Assembly (NCBI GenBank): GCA_019661785.1
Contig: JAIFWP010000002.1
Coordinates: forward strand, 161,869-225,868
Direction of reading: 5' to 3'
DNA length: 64,000 bases
From: Candidatus Parcubacteria bacterium
GTDB taxonomy: Bacteria; Patescibacteriota; Minisyncoccia; Phycocordibacterales; Zambryskibacteraceae
Below the pieces are notes generated by a model, which saw only the letters and a program-made list of their open reading frames with translations, did not search any database and was not told the origin of the DNA. The position numbers and the translations under genes are program-made. This document shows, piece after piece, positions 38,541-47,803 of the stretch; the first letter of the stretch is position 1, and each line of letters opens with the position of its first letter.

Positions 38541-38960
38541 ATGGGAACGTACATTCACAACCTCGCGATGTCCCTTATCGGTCAGCTTGGCCTCGAGCCT
38601 GAGGTCAATCACGGTGATAAGTTCATCCGCGTCGAGCATTTCTACGAGATCTATGCCGAGAAATTGGAACCGGCTCTCGAGGGAATGAGCCCGCAGACCC
38701 TGGGTAAGATCAGTGGCTGCGGTCTGGGTCGGTGGGACAAGGGTGGCACAAAGCTGCTCGAGATTTCAGATTTCGAGGGCTACTTGTCAGGCGGAGCAGA
38801 TGGGAAGGCTATCCTGGTGCATTTAGCTTGCATGACGGTCCTCGCAGAAGTGGCCAACATCTTCCGAGAGTGGCACCCAGATTTATTTCCTGCGTCGGAG
38901 TACCAGACTCCGGAGGAAGTGCCAGATCGTGTGATGCATCGAAGTGGTTCTGTGGGATAA
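38541..38960 (+). CDS. Hypothetical protein (139 aa)
   Basis: AGGAGG RBS 6 nt upstream; terminator downstream. Confidence 0.55.
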   Translation: MGTYIHNLAMSLIGQLGLEPEVNHGDKFIRVEHFYEIYAEKLEPALEGMSPQTLGKISGCGLGRWDKGGTKLLEISDFEGYLSGGADGKAILVHLACMTVLAEVANIFREWHPDLFPASEYQTPEEVPDRVMHRSGSVG

Positions 38961-38986
38961 GCGAGGAGACACACTTAACAAGTCTC

Positions 38987-39016
38987 GGCCGACGGAGCAA
39001 TCCGCCGGCCTTTTTT
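38987..39016 (+). terminator. Intrinsic terminator GGCCGACGG...CCGCCGGCC plus TTTTTT
   Basis: Imperfect 9-bp GC stem followed by six T. Confidence 0.55.
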
Positions 39017-39032
39017 GTAAAATTTATTGAGA

Positions 39033-39776
39033 CTAGGCCTTAATTTTTGAGAAGAGCCAAGAGCCTATGGCGAGGAAGATGAGAGAGACTACGATGAGCA
39101 CGCTCCAGTCAGTGGCATAGGAGAAGTGATGCGTGTTCACGAGGAGTCCGCGCAAGCCGTCGACGGCGTAGGTCATCGGATTCACATGCACTATATAACC
39201 GAGCACTTTCGGCAACCCTTCAACAGGGAACATGGAGCCAGAAAGGAAGAACATCGGCGTGACGATGAACTGCATGACTATAGGGAAGCCTTGCATGTCG
39301 TCTAGCACAGACGCGATGCCTGTACCTAGCGAGGTGAAGAGGATGGCCATGATGAATATGAATACCACTGCCAAGATAAGGTGCGACGTCTCAGGCCGGA
39401 AGCCGAAGATCATGGCCAAAATGATGACGAGGAGTCCTTGGACAGTAGCTACCGTAGCGCCGCCGAGAGTACGGCCGAGCATGATGTTCAAACGCGAGAC
39501 CGGCGCGACAAGCGTCTCCTTAAGGAAGCCAAACTGCTTGTCCCAGATGACTTCAATACCTCCGAAGATGGAGGTGAAGAGGATGGTCATGGCGACAACG
39601 CCAGGGGAGAGGAACTGGAGATAGTTGCCCTGTCCGGCTTGTTTGAATATCGATCCGAAGCCATATCCGAGAGCGAGGAGGTAGAAGAGAGGCTGGCCCA
39701 AGGCGCCCACTATTCTAGAGCGGCTCCTTAGGAACTTCTTCACCTGTCTCTGCCAGAGTATGTATATAGTGTTCAT
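39033..39776 (-). CDS. ABC-2 type transporter permease
   Basis: Six TM; ABC-2 pattern. Confidence 0.75.
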   Translation of the reverse strand: MNTIYILWQRQVKKFLRSRSRIVGALGQPLFYLLALGYGFGSIFKQAGQGNYLQFLSPGVVAMTILFTSIFGGIEVIWDKQFGFLKETLVAPVSRLNIMLGRTLGGATVATVQGLLVIILAMIFGFRPETSHLILAVVFIFIMAILFTSLGTGIASVLDDMQGFPIVMQFIVTPMFFLSGSMFPVEGLPKVLGYIVHVNPMTYAVDGLRGLLVNTHHFSYATDWSVLIVVSLIFLAIGSWLFSKIKA

Positions 39777-39829
39777 GCTATTTTTGATTACTCACAAGTT
39801 CGTAATTGTTAGTGTAGTGAGTTTACGAA

Positions 39830-40618
39830 CTACCTTTTACCGCCGCCCCACATCTTGGCCATGTCGCGCATCTGTCCCTCGCCGCCCTCCTCGCGCACGC
39901 TGTGGCCAGTGAGCTTGAGGAAAGCCTCTTCGAGCGAGTTAGTATCAGTCTGCTTCTTAAGCTCTTCGAACGAGCCCTCGGCCACGATAGTGCCATGGTC
40001 GATGATGGCTATCCTCTGCGCCATTTGCTCGGCCTCGTTCATGTAGTGAGTGGTGAGGAAGACGGTGATACCCTCCTTCTTGTTCAGGTCTTTGATATAA
40101 GTCCAAAGAAGATTCCTGGTCTGGGGGTCAAGGCCAAGCGTAGGCTCGTCGAGGAACAGTACCTTAGGATGATGCAAGAGTCCGCGCGCTATCTCGAGAC
40201 GGCGCTTCATCCCGCCGGAGAAGTCCTTCACCAGGTCGCCTCTGCGGTCGTAGAGCTCAACGAGCTTCATAAGCTCTTCTATGCGAGGACGGTAGAGCTC
40301 CTTCTTTAAGCCATAGAGCACAGCGTGTATCTCCATATTCTCGTATGCGGTGAGGTCGCTGTCGAGGGATGGATCTTGGAAGACGATACCAAAAGACTTG
40401 CGTACCTCATCTGGATTCTCTCTAGGGTCGAAGCCGTTCAGCATGACGGAGCCACCAGTAGGGTCGAGGAGAGTAGTAAGCATCTTGATGGTCGTGGTCT
40501 TGCCAGCCCCGTTTGGGCCAAGGAAGGCGAATATCTGCCCCTGAGGCACGTTGAAGGACACATGTTTTACCACCTCACGGTCACCGAAGGTCTTGGACAG
40601 TTGTTTGGCTTCTATCAT
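39830..40618 (-). CDS. ABC transporter ATP-binding protein
   Basis: Walker A GPNGAGKTTTIKML, signature FSGGMKRRL, Walker B LFLDEPT. Confidence 0.85.
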   Translation of the reverse strand: MIEAKQLSKTFGDREVVKHVSFNVPQGQIFAFLGPNGAGKTTTIKMLTTLLDPTGGSVMLNGFDPRENPDEVRKSFGIVFQDPSLDSDLTAYENMEIHAVLYGLKKELYRPRIEELMKLVELYDRRGDLVKDFSGGMKRRLEIARGLLHHPKVLFLDEPTLGLDPQTRNLLWTYIKDLNKKEGITVFLTTHYMNEAEQMAQRIAIIDHGTIVAEGSFEELKKQTDTNSLEEAFLKLTGHSVREEGGEGQMRDMAKMWGGGKR

Positions 40619-40682
40619 AGGGACAAGTTATAATACGCTGTATTAACAGGTGTCTTACAGGCAACAACTTAACATTTAATAC

Positions 40683-41153
40683 ATGAATAACAAAGTAGTA
40701 GCTCTTATTGCGATAGCTGTGGTCATAGTTGTCGGTTGGCTCGTCTATAGGCACAACGGCTCAAGTGTGAATTTGGACAGCGGACTGACTCTGCCTTATG
40801 GCTCGACAGACAACGGCTCTCCGGCTGCTTCAGCGCCGGCTGACAACACTCCCGTCTCGACTACTCCAGCTGCGGGAACGGTCAAGGAGTTCACAGTGAA
40901 CGGAGGAGGCTACTACTTCGCTCCTAAAACTATTACGGTAAATAAGGGGGATACTGTGAAGATTAACTTTGTGAACGCCGGAGGCATGCACGACTGGGTC
41001 TTAGATGCATTCAATGCTAAAACGCCGGTGATCCAGAGTGGACAAACGGCGTCGGTGACCTTCGTAGCAGATAAGACAGGGACCTTCGAGTACTACTGCT
41101 CAGTAGGGAACCACAGGCAGATGGGCATGGTGGGGACTCTCACTGTTAACTAG
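40683..41153 (+). CDS. Cupredoxin-like (blue-copper) membrane-anchored protein
   Basis: N-terminal TM. C-terminal YYCSVGNHRQMGM provides Cys, His and Met copper ligands, with an upstream His in GGMHDW. Confidence 0.65.
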   Translation: MNNKVVALIAIAVVIVVGWLVYRHNGSSVNLDSGLTLPYGSTDNGSPAASAPADNTPVSTTPAAGTVKEFTVNGGGYYFAPKTITVNKGDTVKINFVNAGGMHDWVLDAFNAKTPVIQSGQTASVTFVADKTGTFEYYCSVGNHRQMGMVGTLTVN

Positions 41154-41160
41154 GATAAAC

Positions 41161-41190
41161 AAAAACCCCGCCGAGTGGCGGGGTTTTTGT
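41161..41190 (+). terminator. Intrinsic terminator AAAACCCCGCC-GAGT-GGCGGGGTTTTT
   Basis: Perfect 11-bp stem plus a T-tract; palindromic, so it could act in both directions. Confidence 0.75.
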
Positions 41191-41342
41191 TATCTGATGG
41201 GGTTCTCTCCTCTGATGAGGCGGACGAGTATCATGATAATCGCCACGACGAGGAGGATGTGGATGAATCCGCCAAGCGTGAACGAGGTCACGAGGCCCAA
41301 GAGCCAGAGGATAAGAAGTATGACTGCTATGGTAACAAGCAT
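41189..41342 (-). pseudogene. lmo0937-family small membrane protein gene with a +1 frameshift in a TTT/AAA homopolymer
   Basis: Removing one A from GTGAAACG (about 41277-41281) restores a 50-aa ORF MLVTIAVILLILWLLGLVTSFTLGGFIHILLVVAIIMILVRLIRGENPIR, which matches the lmo0937 family pattern. As written the frame breaks after LVTSF. Confidence 0.6.
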
Positions 41343-41409
41343 GTTCTATTGTGTTAACGCGCACTTGCTATAAGACACACACGAGTAGACGAGCTATGGC
41401 CGCGGGCCC

Positions 41410-41937
41410 TTACAAAGTCTTGGCGTATTCTCGTATCTCGGCGGCACCGTACTTCTTGAACACATCCTTCACCGCGGCTGGGTTCAATGACTTGGCCGTA
41501 AGCAGTATGCCGCCGCGTCTGACCTTCTCCTCATAAACTCTGGCCTCGACGTCAGGCACTCCAAGCCCCGCCAAAGCTCCTACAAGCCCGCCAGCAGCGA
41601 GACCTGTCATGGCTCCGGCAGCTGTAGTAGCGGCGACGCCAGTGAGCCCTAAGGCCGCGGCGATAGGTCCAGCCACGAAGAGCGAACCAAAGCCGGGCAG
41701 TAGGCCATTGGCTACAGCAAGACCGGCTATGGCGCCCAAGACTGCTCCGGTCGTGGCTCCGCTCGCGGCCCCTTCGCCAGCTTGGTTGCCAACCTCGACA
41801 GTTTCGCCGCCTTCCTCGGCTGTGTATATATAAGATATGTCGGTGTCAGCAATACCAAGAGCGCGGAGCTCGCTTATGGCTGCGTCAGCGTCTGCGCGCT
41901 TTTCAAATATGCCTATTGTTGTAGTGTCCATAGCCAC
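41410..41937 (-). CDS. General stress protein: YflT-like N-domain plus a Gly-zipper membrane region
   Basis: IGIFEKRADADAAISELRALGIADTDISYIY followed by Gly/Ala-rich helices. Confidence 0.55.
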   Translation of the reverse strand: MAMDTTTIGIFEKRADADAAISELRALGIADTDISYIYTAEEGGETVEVGNQAGEGAASGATTGAVLGAIAGLAVANGLLPGFGSLFVAGPIAAALGLTGVAATTAAGAMTGLAAGGLVGALAGLGVPDVEARVYEEKVRRGGILLTAKSLNPAAVKDVFKKYGAAEIREYAKTL

Positions 41938-41984
41938 GAAGACGTCGCGGCGCGGCTAACATTACTGGAAAATTACTTGTGAAT

Positions 41985-42590
41985 TTATCCCAGGACCTTG
42001 TGCGCCAAACCCATCTGCACTGCTTCGTCAGCAGTGAGTATGGTATTTTTGCGCATCATCTCGAGCACTCGCTCAGGGGTGTAGCGTCCGTTAGTTGCAT
42101 CAGAGACGACACAGGCATACTGGTAGTCCTTGAGGTTGTCCTCCTTCAACATGGCCTCCATGTCCTCTACGGTGAAGCGTTTCTCTGTGCCGAAGGTGCG
42201 TCCAGCCATGTGGAAGAGGAGAGTAGTGTTCTGCGTGATGTAGCGCCTTTGCCCAGCGAGGAAGACGATAATGCCCGATGAGTCTACATCGCCGGAGCCT
42301 ATAGTCACGAGGTTTGGCTTGAGCCACGTGCGCATAGCATCGTAGAAGCTCATGCCTATGCCCGAGGCTCCTCCAAAGGAGTTCACCATGAGGTGTATCT
42401 CATCTTTGGGGCTCTCTATGAGCATGCGCTTGACCTCGTTCATGACGCTGTCGAGGTTCTGATAATTGACGCCGCCGAGCCAAGAAATAGTCCGCTCTGG
42501 TCGAGCGGAGAAGGGGGCTGCTTTGCTTCGGCTTCTGGTCTGGTTAGTAATGGTCGCGCTTGTTGTATTTATTGTATTTTTTGAATCCAC
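41985..42590 (-). CDS. ClpP-like serine peptidase (S14 family), stand-alone
   Basis: MVNSFGGASGIGMSFYDAM...GSGDVDSSGIIVFLAG...LLFHMAG align with the ClpP Ser and His regions. Confidence 0.6.
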   Translation of the reverse strand: MDSKNTINTTSATITNQTRSRSKAAPFSARPERTISWLGGVNYQNLDSVMNEVKRMLIESPKDEIHLMVNSFGGASGIGMSFYDAMRTWLKPNLVTIGSGDVDSSGIIVFLAGQRRYITQNTTLLFHMAGRTFGTEKRFTVEDMEAMLKEDNLKDYQYACVVSDATNGRYTPERVLEMMRKNTILTADEAVQMGLAHKVLG

Positions 42591-42688
42591 TTTTTTGTAT
42601 TAAATTTTCTTAACCCACATCCTATATATTTACTACACAACATGCAAGCTCATCAGTAAAGAGTTGTGTGGATAACTATTGGATATGC

Positions 42689-42714
42689 AAAAACTCCCGG
42701 AGACGGGAGTTTTT
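42689..42714 (-). terminator. Intrinsic terminator AAAAACTCCCGG-AGA-CGGGAGTTTTT
   Basis: Follows the stop of the KGG gene; palindromic. Confidence 0.7.
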
Positions 42715-42735
42715 GCTAGGATGCGCTCTCGATCA

Positions 42736-42948
42736 TTACATGTTGTTGCTGCCACCCTGATTGCCGCCCTGGTTGTTGCCGCGTGCCTGGCCGCCCTTGC
42801 GTCCAGCCTCACGTGCTTCCTCAGAGTCGAACTCATGAGCGGTACCCTTCTCGTGAGCGGCCTTGCCACCCTTCGAAGCGATCTCGCGCTGCTTGTCCTC
42901 GTCCATGCCAGCGAATCCGCGTCCGCTGTTGCTGTTGTTGTCTGCCAT
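42736..42948 (-). CDS. KGG-repeat general stress protein (YciG/GsiB-like)
   Basis: SKGGKAAHEKG...GRKGGQARG repeats. Confidence 0.7.
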   Translation of the reverse strand: MADNNSNSGRGFAGMDEDKQREIASKGGKAAHEKGTAHEFDSEEAREAGRKGGQARGNNQGGNQGGSNNM

Positions 42949-43045
42949 GTTAGTGAAATTAAAATCTAATTGCTGTTAATCTCGACCCTGCACGGAAAGA
43001 CGACGAGCTATAATCGACCTTACATTTTCTTATGGTGTAATTAAC

Positions 43046-43651
43046 TTACAGAGATTTTATATCTGAAACTAATTCTGGGAATTCTTTTTGATTGAAATGT
43101 CCTTTGTCTTTGAAAGTTCTCACAACTGCGTTTGGTATGGCTTTTGCATATTTAGCAATGTCTTTGAACGGCACCTGTTTGTCATCCTTGCTGTGATATA
43201 GGAATATCTTCCCGCCTTGTTCTTCCAGCAGCTTCAAACTTGGCGGGAGATTGAAATCAACTAGCTCATAATCCGCATCCTCTTCATCAAACGGTGCGGC
43301 AATTAGGAAAGTGCCATGTATGCGCTTGGCGAGCTTGTTCTCCGATAGATACTTGGCCAAGAATATACCGCCAAGTGAGTGTCCAACCAAGATAATCTCT
43401 TGGTCTAGAAGCGGCAGAAGCTTTTCGAACCAGATCCTCCACTCTTCATATCTGGCATTGAACTTGTTCGGCATCTCTGGACGGATGACCTTGTACTCGT
43501 CACCAAGGCTAGATTCTAAAGAGTCTTTCCAACCCTGCTTCATAAAGTACTCTAAGCTGTCTACGACAAACTCTTTGAGCGAAGCTATGTATGCCTCGTA
43601 GGTGCCATAGTTGTCTCCTCCGTGTATGACTACGACCTGCTTCTTCATCAC
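43046..43651 (-). CDS. Alpha/beta-hydrolase (serine hydrolase, YdeN/RBBP9-like)
   Basis: GHSLGG nucleophile elbow; AT-rich. Confidence 0.7.
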   Translation of the reverse strand: MMKKQVVVIHGGDNYGTYEAYIASLKEFVVDSLEYFMKQGWKDSLESSLGDEYKVIRPEMPNKFNARYEEWRIWFEKLLPLLDQEIILVGHSLGGIFLAKYLSENKLAKRIHGTFLIAAPFDEEDADYELVDFNLPPSLKLLEEQGGKIFLYHSKDDKQVPFKDIAKYAKAIPNAVVRTFKDKGHFNQKEFPELVSDIKSL

Positions 43652-43905
43652 CTCAGATAAAGGTATAAACCGGAGGCTATTATGATTTGAATGATAATCG
43701 CGACAAAAAGCTTTGAGGAGCTCTTAATGGAAGGGCCGTATAGATACGCCGCTAACGATATGGCATATAGGACTATTGCGAATCCTAAAACGATGAGCAA
43801 ATTTGGCCCTTCGGGGTCGTTAAAGAGCGCGAGCATTACTCTAGAGCATACGATAGCTGTTATGCCTAGGATTAGTAATGAAGTCTTATTTGAATGCAGA
43901 TGCAT
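43648..43905 (-). CDS. Small membrane protein (85 aa)
   Basis: Three hydrophobic helices; overlaps the neighbor by 4 nt. Confidence 0.4.
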   Translation of the reverse strand: MHLHSNKTSLLILGITAIVCSRVMLALFNDPEGPNLLIVLGFAIVLYAISLAAYLYGPSIKSSSKLFVAIIIQIIIASGLYLYLR

Positions 43906-43906
43906 G

Positions 43907-44083
43907 CTAGCTAGCTTTATGGAACTTCTTGCCTATGTAGTATGGCCAGATGATGATGGCGAGCACTCCTCTCCAGAAGGTGAGTCGAAGATATCCGATA
44001 GTGAATAGCCATCCAATAGTCCACAGTGGCCCTAAGCCGTTTCCAGTAACAATAACATTATGAAATTTATCTATGTTTTGCAT
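43907..44083 (-). CDS. Small membrane protein (58 aa)
   Basis: Below the 60-aa cutoff and so absent from the track. Its stop lies 2 nt before the next start, which points to an operon. Confidence 0.3.
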   Translation of the reverse strand: MQNIDKFHNVIVTGNGLGPLWTIGWLFTIGYLRLTFWRGVLAIIIWPYYIGKKFHKAS

Positions 44084-44254
44084 GTGTAGATTATAGCACT
44101 GACAATGAGAGGTTAAACAGTGATAAGTAGGAACAGAACGAGGAGAAGAATGCCTGGAACCATTTATCTGTGCACAAAATTATTGCGTAATATTGCTCTG
44201 ATAAATGATAGAATGTTGTCATAAGTACCATTATTAAATTAACTACCAACATAT

Positions 44255-46636
44255 TTGTATTGGACAAAAGACAATATAAAAACTTTGGCCAATATATTTA
44301 TGAATAAAGTAAAATCGGCAGCATCGGCGCTTGTCATTATCAGCATGTTCATGGGAAGTGCTCTCCCCGCATTTGCCCAGCTCGGCGGTGTCACCTCTCC
44401 GCCTGTTGAAGCGCCCTCTGCTCCCGTACCCGAGCCTGCACCAGCACCTGTAGTAGAACCGTCAGCGCCACCTGCTCCCGAAGTCGAAGGTGTGGAACCA
44501 GAAGTGCAGACAACTGTTGAAACAGGCACTCAAACAGTTACGGAAACTGTCACGCAAATAGTTGCCGCAGATACTACCGCGCCGGTCATTTCCGGAGTTG
44601 CCGATCTTTCGCTTGGCTTGAGCGAAGCCACGATCGTCTGGACTACGGACGAACTCGCTACTTCTCGTCTTGAGTACGGAACAACGGAGAGTTACGGATC
44701 ACAAGCCACTCTCGATGATACAGCCCTCTTGGCGCACACCGCGATCATTCTTGGCCTTGCACCGAATACGACATACTACTACTGTATTCATGCGACAGAC
44801 CTTTCTCACAACACCAGGAATTCATGCGGGCATTCTTTCAGGACATCGGCAGCTCAAATCATTGAAGACACCACACCGCCGGATGTGACACTCATAACGG
44901 TTGCGCCAATCACGACGACTGGAGCAACGATCAATTTCACCACGGACCAAATTGGCAATACCCGAGTTGAATACGGCACGACGGCTGGCTATGGAGAAAC
45001 GACAGCTCTCAATACAACTTTCGCAATCAATCACAGCGTCACCCTTTCCAACCTTACATCAAACACTCTCTATCACTACCGCATAATCACGAGTGACGAA
45101 ATCGGCAATGAGACCATCACCTCAGACGAGACATTTACCACTGATAGCTTGGTGGACGTTAATGCCGGCGCCACCGTTCCTGAATCGTTAAATGCTGGTG
45201 CAGGAGATACAGGAATCAGCGCATCGGTAGTTATTTCCGCTGTCGATGCGGTTTCTCTGTCTACTGGAAGCGCCACGATCACCTGGCACACCAATCTTCC
45301 TTCGGATTCTCAGATCGAATATGGCGACAGTGAGAATTTCGGATCATTAAGCATTTTAAGTACTGCTCTTACCACTTCTCATTCAGTCACCTTGAACGGC
45401 TTGGCTCAAAACACCAACTACATCTTCCGAGTCAAATCAAAACCGCTTGGAGCATCGGTTGCTACTGTGTCTCAAAACTATGAGTTCGATACGCTCAATC
45501 ATTCCATCCCAGTCGTGGCACCAGCAAACATCATTTCGGTTTCTTCGGGATCGGTAACAAATACTGGAGCGACTATAAATTGGACGACAGACAAGGGAGC
45601 AACATCGCAAGTGGAGTACGGCACTGATACCGCCTACGAATTTTCGAGTACGAATACCGAAACTCTTCTCACTTCTCACTCAGTTGCTTTGAGTAGTCTC
45701 AATTCAGGCACAGCGTATCACTATCGAGTGAAATCTGTTGATGAAGCGGGAAACATTACTTTTTCCGAGGACTATACCTTCATCACTACAGGCACCTCTT
45801 CCAATGTTTCAACACCTCCTGCACCAATCATTACGAGTGAAGGAGAAACTCCGATTGTTGATGTAGCAGGCGTTGACGGACAGGTGGTTTTTGAGATTAA
45901 TGAGGGCAATCCGGCTATCAATGAAGATGTTGTCATCGAACGAGACGAGGTTGTCATCTACGAAGGCAACAGCGAGACATTCACTGACACCAACCAGACA
46001 AATGGAGTGACTCATAATTACACTGTCTTTGCCCGTAGCTCTGGTGGAGGTTCATCAAGACCGGTTAACATCTCCATTGCTCCGGTTGCAGGAGTGCGAC
46101 AGGTGAAATTTAATGAAAGCGGCACGCTCTCCTCATCCACTCCAGCCTTCCATTTCGTCAAACAATGGCAGAAGGGCGACACGGATATCGAGATAGAGCA
46201 TTTGCAGGAGATACTCGTAGCGGACAAGGACTCATACCCTGAAAAATATGTTACTGGATATTTCGGTCCGCTCACCGAAGCCGCTCTCAAGCGTTTCCAG
46301 GCAAAGCATGGTCTCCCTCAAACAGGTGCGGTTAATGCTGCGACCCAAGAAAAACTCAATACGGTTTCCCATTCAGAAACTAAGCTCGATATCTCACATG
46401 ATTACGTCGTCTTTGCCACCGACCTAAAGCGTGGCGATCAGGGAGAATCCGTTAAAGATATCCAGCAGTACCTCATCTACGAGGGCAGTTATCAGGAAGC
46501 GATAATCTCAGGTTACTTTGGCAACTTCACTCATAATGCGGTGAAAATATTCCAAACAAAATACAATATTAATCCGGTATCGGGAATCGTTGGCCCAAAG
46601 ACTCGTCACAAGATGCAGCAGTTGGTGGGGTTATAG
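44255..46636 (+). CDS. Large secreted surface protein: four Fn3/PAP-N-like repeats plus two C-terminal peptidoglycan-binding (PG_binding_1) domains; the true start is probably the ATG at 44300
   Basis: Signal peptide MNKVKSAASALVIISMFMGSALPAFA. Repeated ...ATINWTTD..ATS.VEYGTT..YG...SHSV.L..L..NT.Y.YR. Two GYFGP/N...LK.FQ..H/Y motifs. Confidence 0.75.
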   Translation: MYWTKDNIKTLANIFMNKVKSAASALVIISMFMGSALPAFAQLGGVTSPPVEAPSAPVPEPAPAPVVEPSAPPAPEVEGVEPEVQTTVETGTQTVTETVTQIVAADTTAPVISGVADLSLGLSEATIVWTTDELATSRLEYGTTESYGSQATLDDTALLAHTAIILGLAPNTTYYYCIHATDLSHNTRNSCGHSFRTSAAQIIEDTTPPDVTLITVAPITTTGATINFTTDQIGNTRVEYGTTAGYGETTALNTTFAINHSVTLSNLTSNTLYHYRIITSDEIGNETITSDETFTTDSLVDVNAGATVPESLNAGAGDTGISASVVISAVDAVSLSTGSATITWHTNLPSDSQIEYGDSENFGSLSILSTALTTSHSVTLNGLAQNTNYIFRVKSKPLGASVATVSQNYEFDTLNHSIPVVAPANIISVSSGSVTNTGATINWTTDKGATSQVEYGTDTAYEFSSTNTETLLTSHSVALSSLNSGTAYHYRVKSVDEAGNITFSEDYTFITTGTSSNVSTPPAPIITSEGETPIVDVAGVDGQVVFEINEGNPAINEDVVIERDEVVIYEGNSETFTDTNQTNGVTHNYTVFARSSGGGSSRPVNISIAPVAGVRQVKFNESGTLSSSTPAFHFVKQWQKGDTDIEIEHLQEILVADKDSYPEKYVTGYFGPLTEAALKRFQAKHGLPQTGAVNAATQEKLNTVSHSETKLDISHDYVVFATDLKRGDQGESVKDIQQYLIYEGSYQEAIISGYFGNFTHNAVKIFQTKYNINPVSGIVGPKTRHKMQQLVGL

Positions 46637-46665
46637 TCAAACCCTCCGTTTCGAAGAGGGTTCGG

Positions 46666-47001
46666 TCACAAATTATTGTTAATGAGATTCAGTTTCTTTT
46701 CACGTCGCCAGCCCTTCAATTCCAACTCTCTTTGCTTCGCTTCTTTCAGAGTTTGGAATATCTCTTTGTATCTTAACTCAACTGGTCTGCGGATCTTCGT
46801 ATAATATGCTCCCCACTTGGAGTCATTGTGTTGATGTAACCTCCTTTCAAGATTATTTGTACACCCTACATATAAGGACTTATCTGCGCATTCGAGAATA
46901 TAGACGAAGAATGACACATTCAAATAATACCACTTCGCTCTACTGAGCTCAGTGCCTTCGTCGACCTTGTGAAATACGGTCGAAGACCCTGAGGAGCACA
47001 A
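46666..47001 (-). CDS. GIY-YIG nuclease family protein
   Basis: FFVYILECADKSLYVGCTNNLERRLHQHN...; the start is uncertain. Confidence 0.7.
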   Translation of the reverse strand: MCSSGSSTVFHKVDEGTELSRAKWYYLNVSFFVYILECADKSLYVGCTNNLERRLHQHNDSKWGAYYTKIRRPVELRYKEIFQTLKEAKQRELELKGWRREKKLNLINNNL

Positions 47002-47012
47002 GCGACGAAGGG

Positions 47013-47083
47013 CTGCCGATCAGGGACTCGAACCCCAATTAACCGCTCCAGAGGCGGTCGTCCTACCATTAGACGAATCGGCA
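47013..47083 (-). tRNA. tRNA-Gln(CUG)
   Basis: Reverse-strand U1-A72 acceptor TGCCGAT/ATCGGCA, anticodon arm ACCGC-CTCTGGA-GCGGT, T-loop TTCGAGT. Confidence 0.7.
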
Positions 47084-47141
47084 ATACAGGCCAAGAATAG
47101 CTCAAAAGCGAGCTATTTTCAATCTTGATATACTTACTGCT

Positions 47142-47579
47142 ATGAAAACCATAGCCCCAGAGGCACTTGAGTATTTGAAGACACAGAGAGTGGGGACGCT
47201 CGCTGTGGAGATGCTCGATGGGTCGCCGCATGCGGCGACGGTGCACTTTGCCCATACTGAGGAGCCCTTAGCCTTCTATATACAGACGGGTACAGATTGT
47301 CGCAAGAGTGAAGCGCTTTTGAAGAACGGCTCTACCCGAGCAAGTTTCGTCGTTGGCTCAGACGAGAGCAACATGAAGACTCTCCAGCTCGATGGCGTAG
47401 CCAAGGTCGCGAATGAAGGGGAGGAGGACCACTTCATGGAGATCTACTTGGGCAAGTTCCCTTCGAAGGAAGGCAAGGTCAAGGACCCCGAGGCTTTATT
47501 TATAATATTTACCCCTACCTGGTGGCGCTTCACTGACTGGAAGACAGCCGAAGGCAAGAAGATCTGGATTTCAGAATAG
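47142..47579 (+). CDS. Pyridoxamine 5'-phosphate oxidase-like FMN-binding family protein
   Basis: Split-barrel pattern (VGTLAVEMLDGSPHAATVHF). Confidence 0.55.
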   Translation: MKTIAPEALEYLKTQRVGTLAVEMLDGSPHAATVHFAHTEEPLAFYIQTGTDCRKSEALLKNGSTRASFVVGSDESNMKTLQLDGVAKVANEGEEDHFMEIYLGKFPSKEGKVKDPEALFIIFTPTWWRFTDWKTAEGKKIWISE

Positions 47580-47603
47580 CTTCAACACAACGTCGTACTT
47601 GTT

Positions 47604-47801
47604 ATGCCAAGAAAGTACAGTAAAAAGTCACAGCAGAAGGTGGAGAAGGTCATGCACGAGTATAAGGAAGGGAAACTTAAGAGTGGACGAAGCGGCAAGA
47701 AGGTTAAGAGCCGCAAGCAAGCTATAGCCATAGGGCTCTCAGAGGCTCGTCGTGCTGGAGCCAAAATCCCTCCTCCTAAGAAGAAGCCTCGCGCTCGATA
47801 A
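47604..47801 (+). CDS. Small basic Lys-rich protein (65 aa)
   Basis: ORF; pI highly basic. Confidence 0.45.
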   Translation: MPRKYSKKSQQKVEKVMHEYKEGKLKSGRSGKKVKSRKQAIAIGLSEARRAGAKIPPPKKKPRAR

Positions 47802-47803
47802 CT

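Noticed and set aside
41175-41357. Plus-strand ORF of 60 aa (acidic, low complexity)
   Set aside because: The opposite strand encodes a near-perfect lmo0937-family protein, frameshifted, which explains the locus much better.
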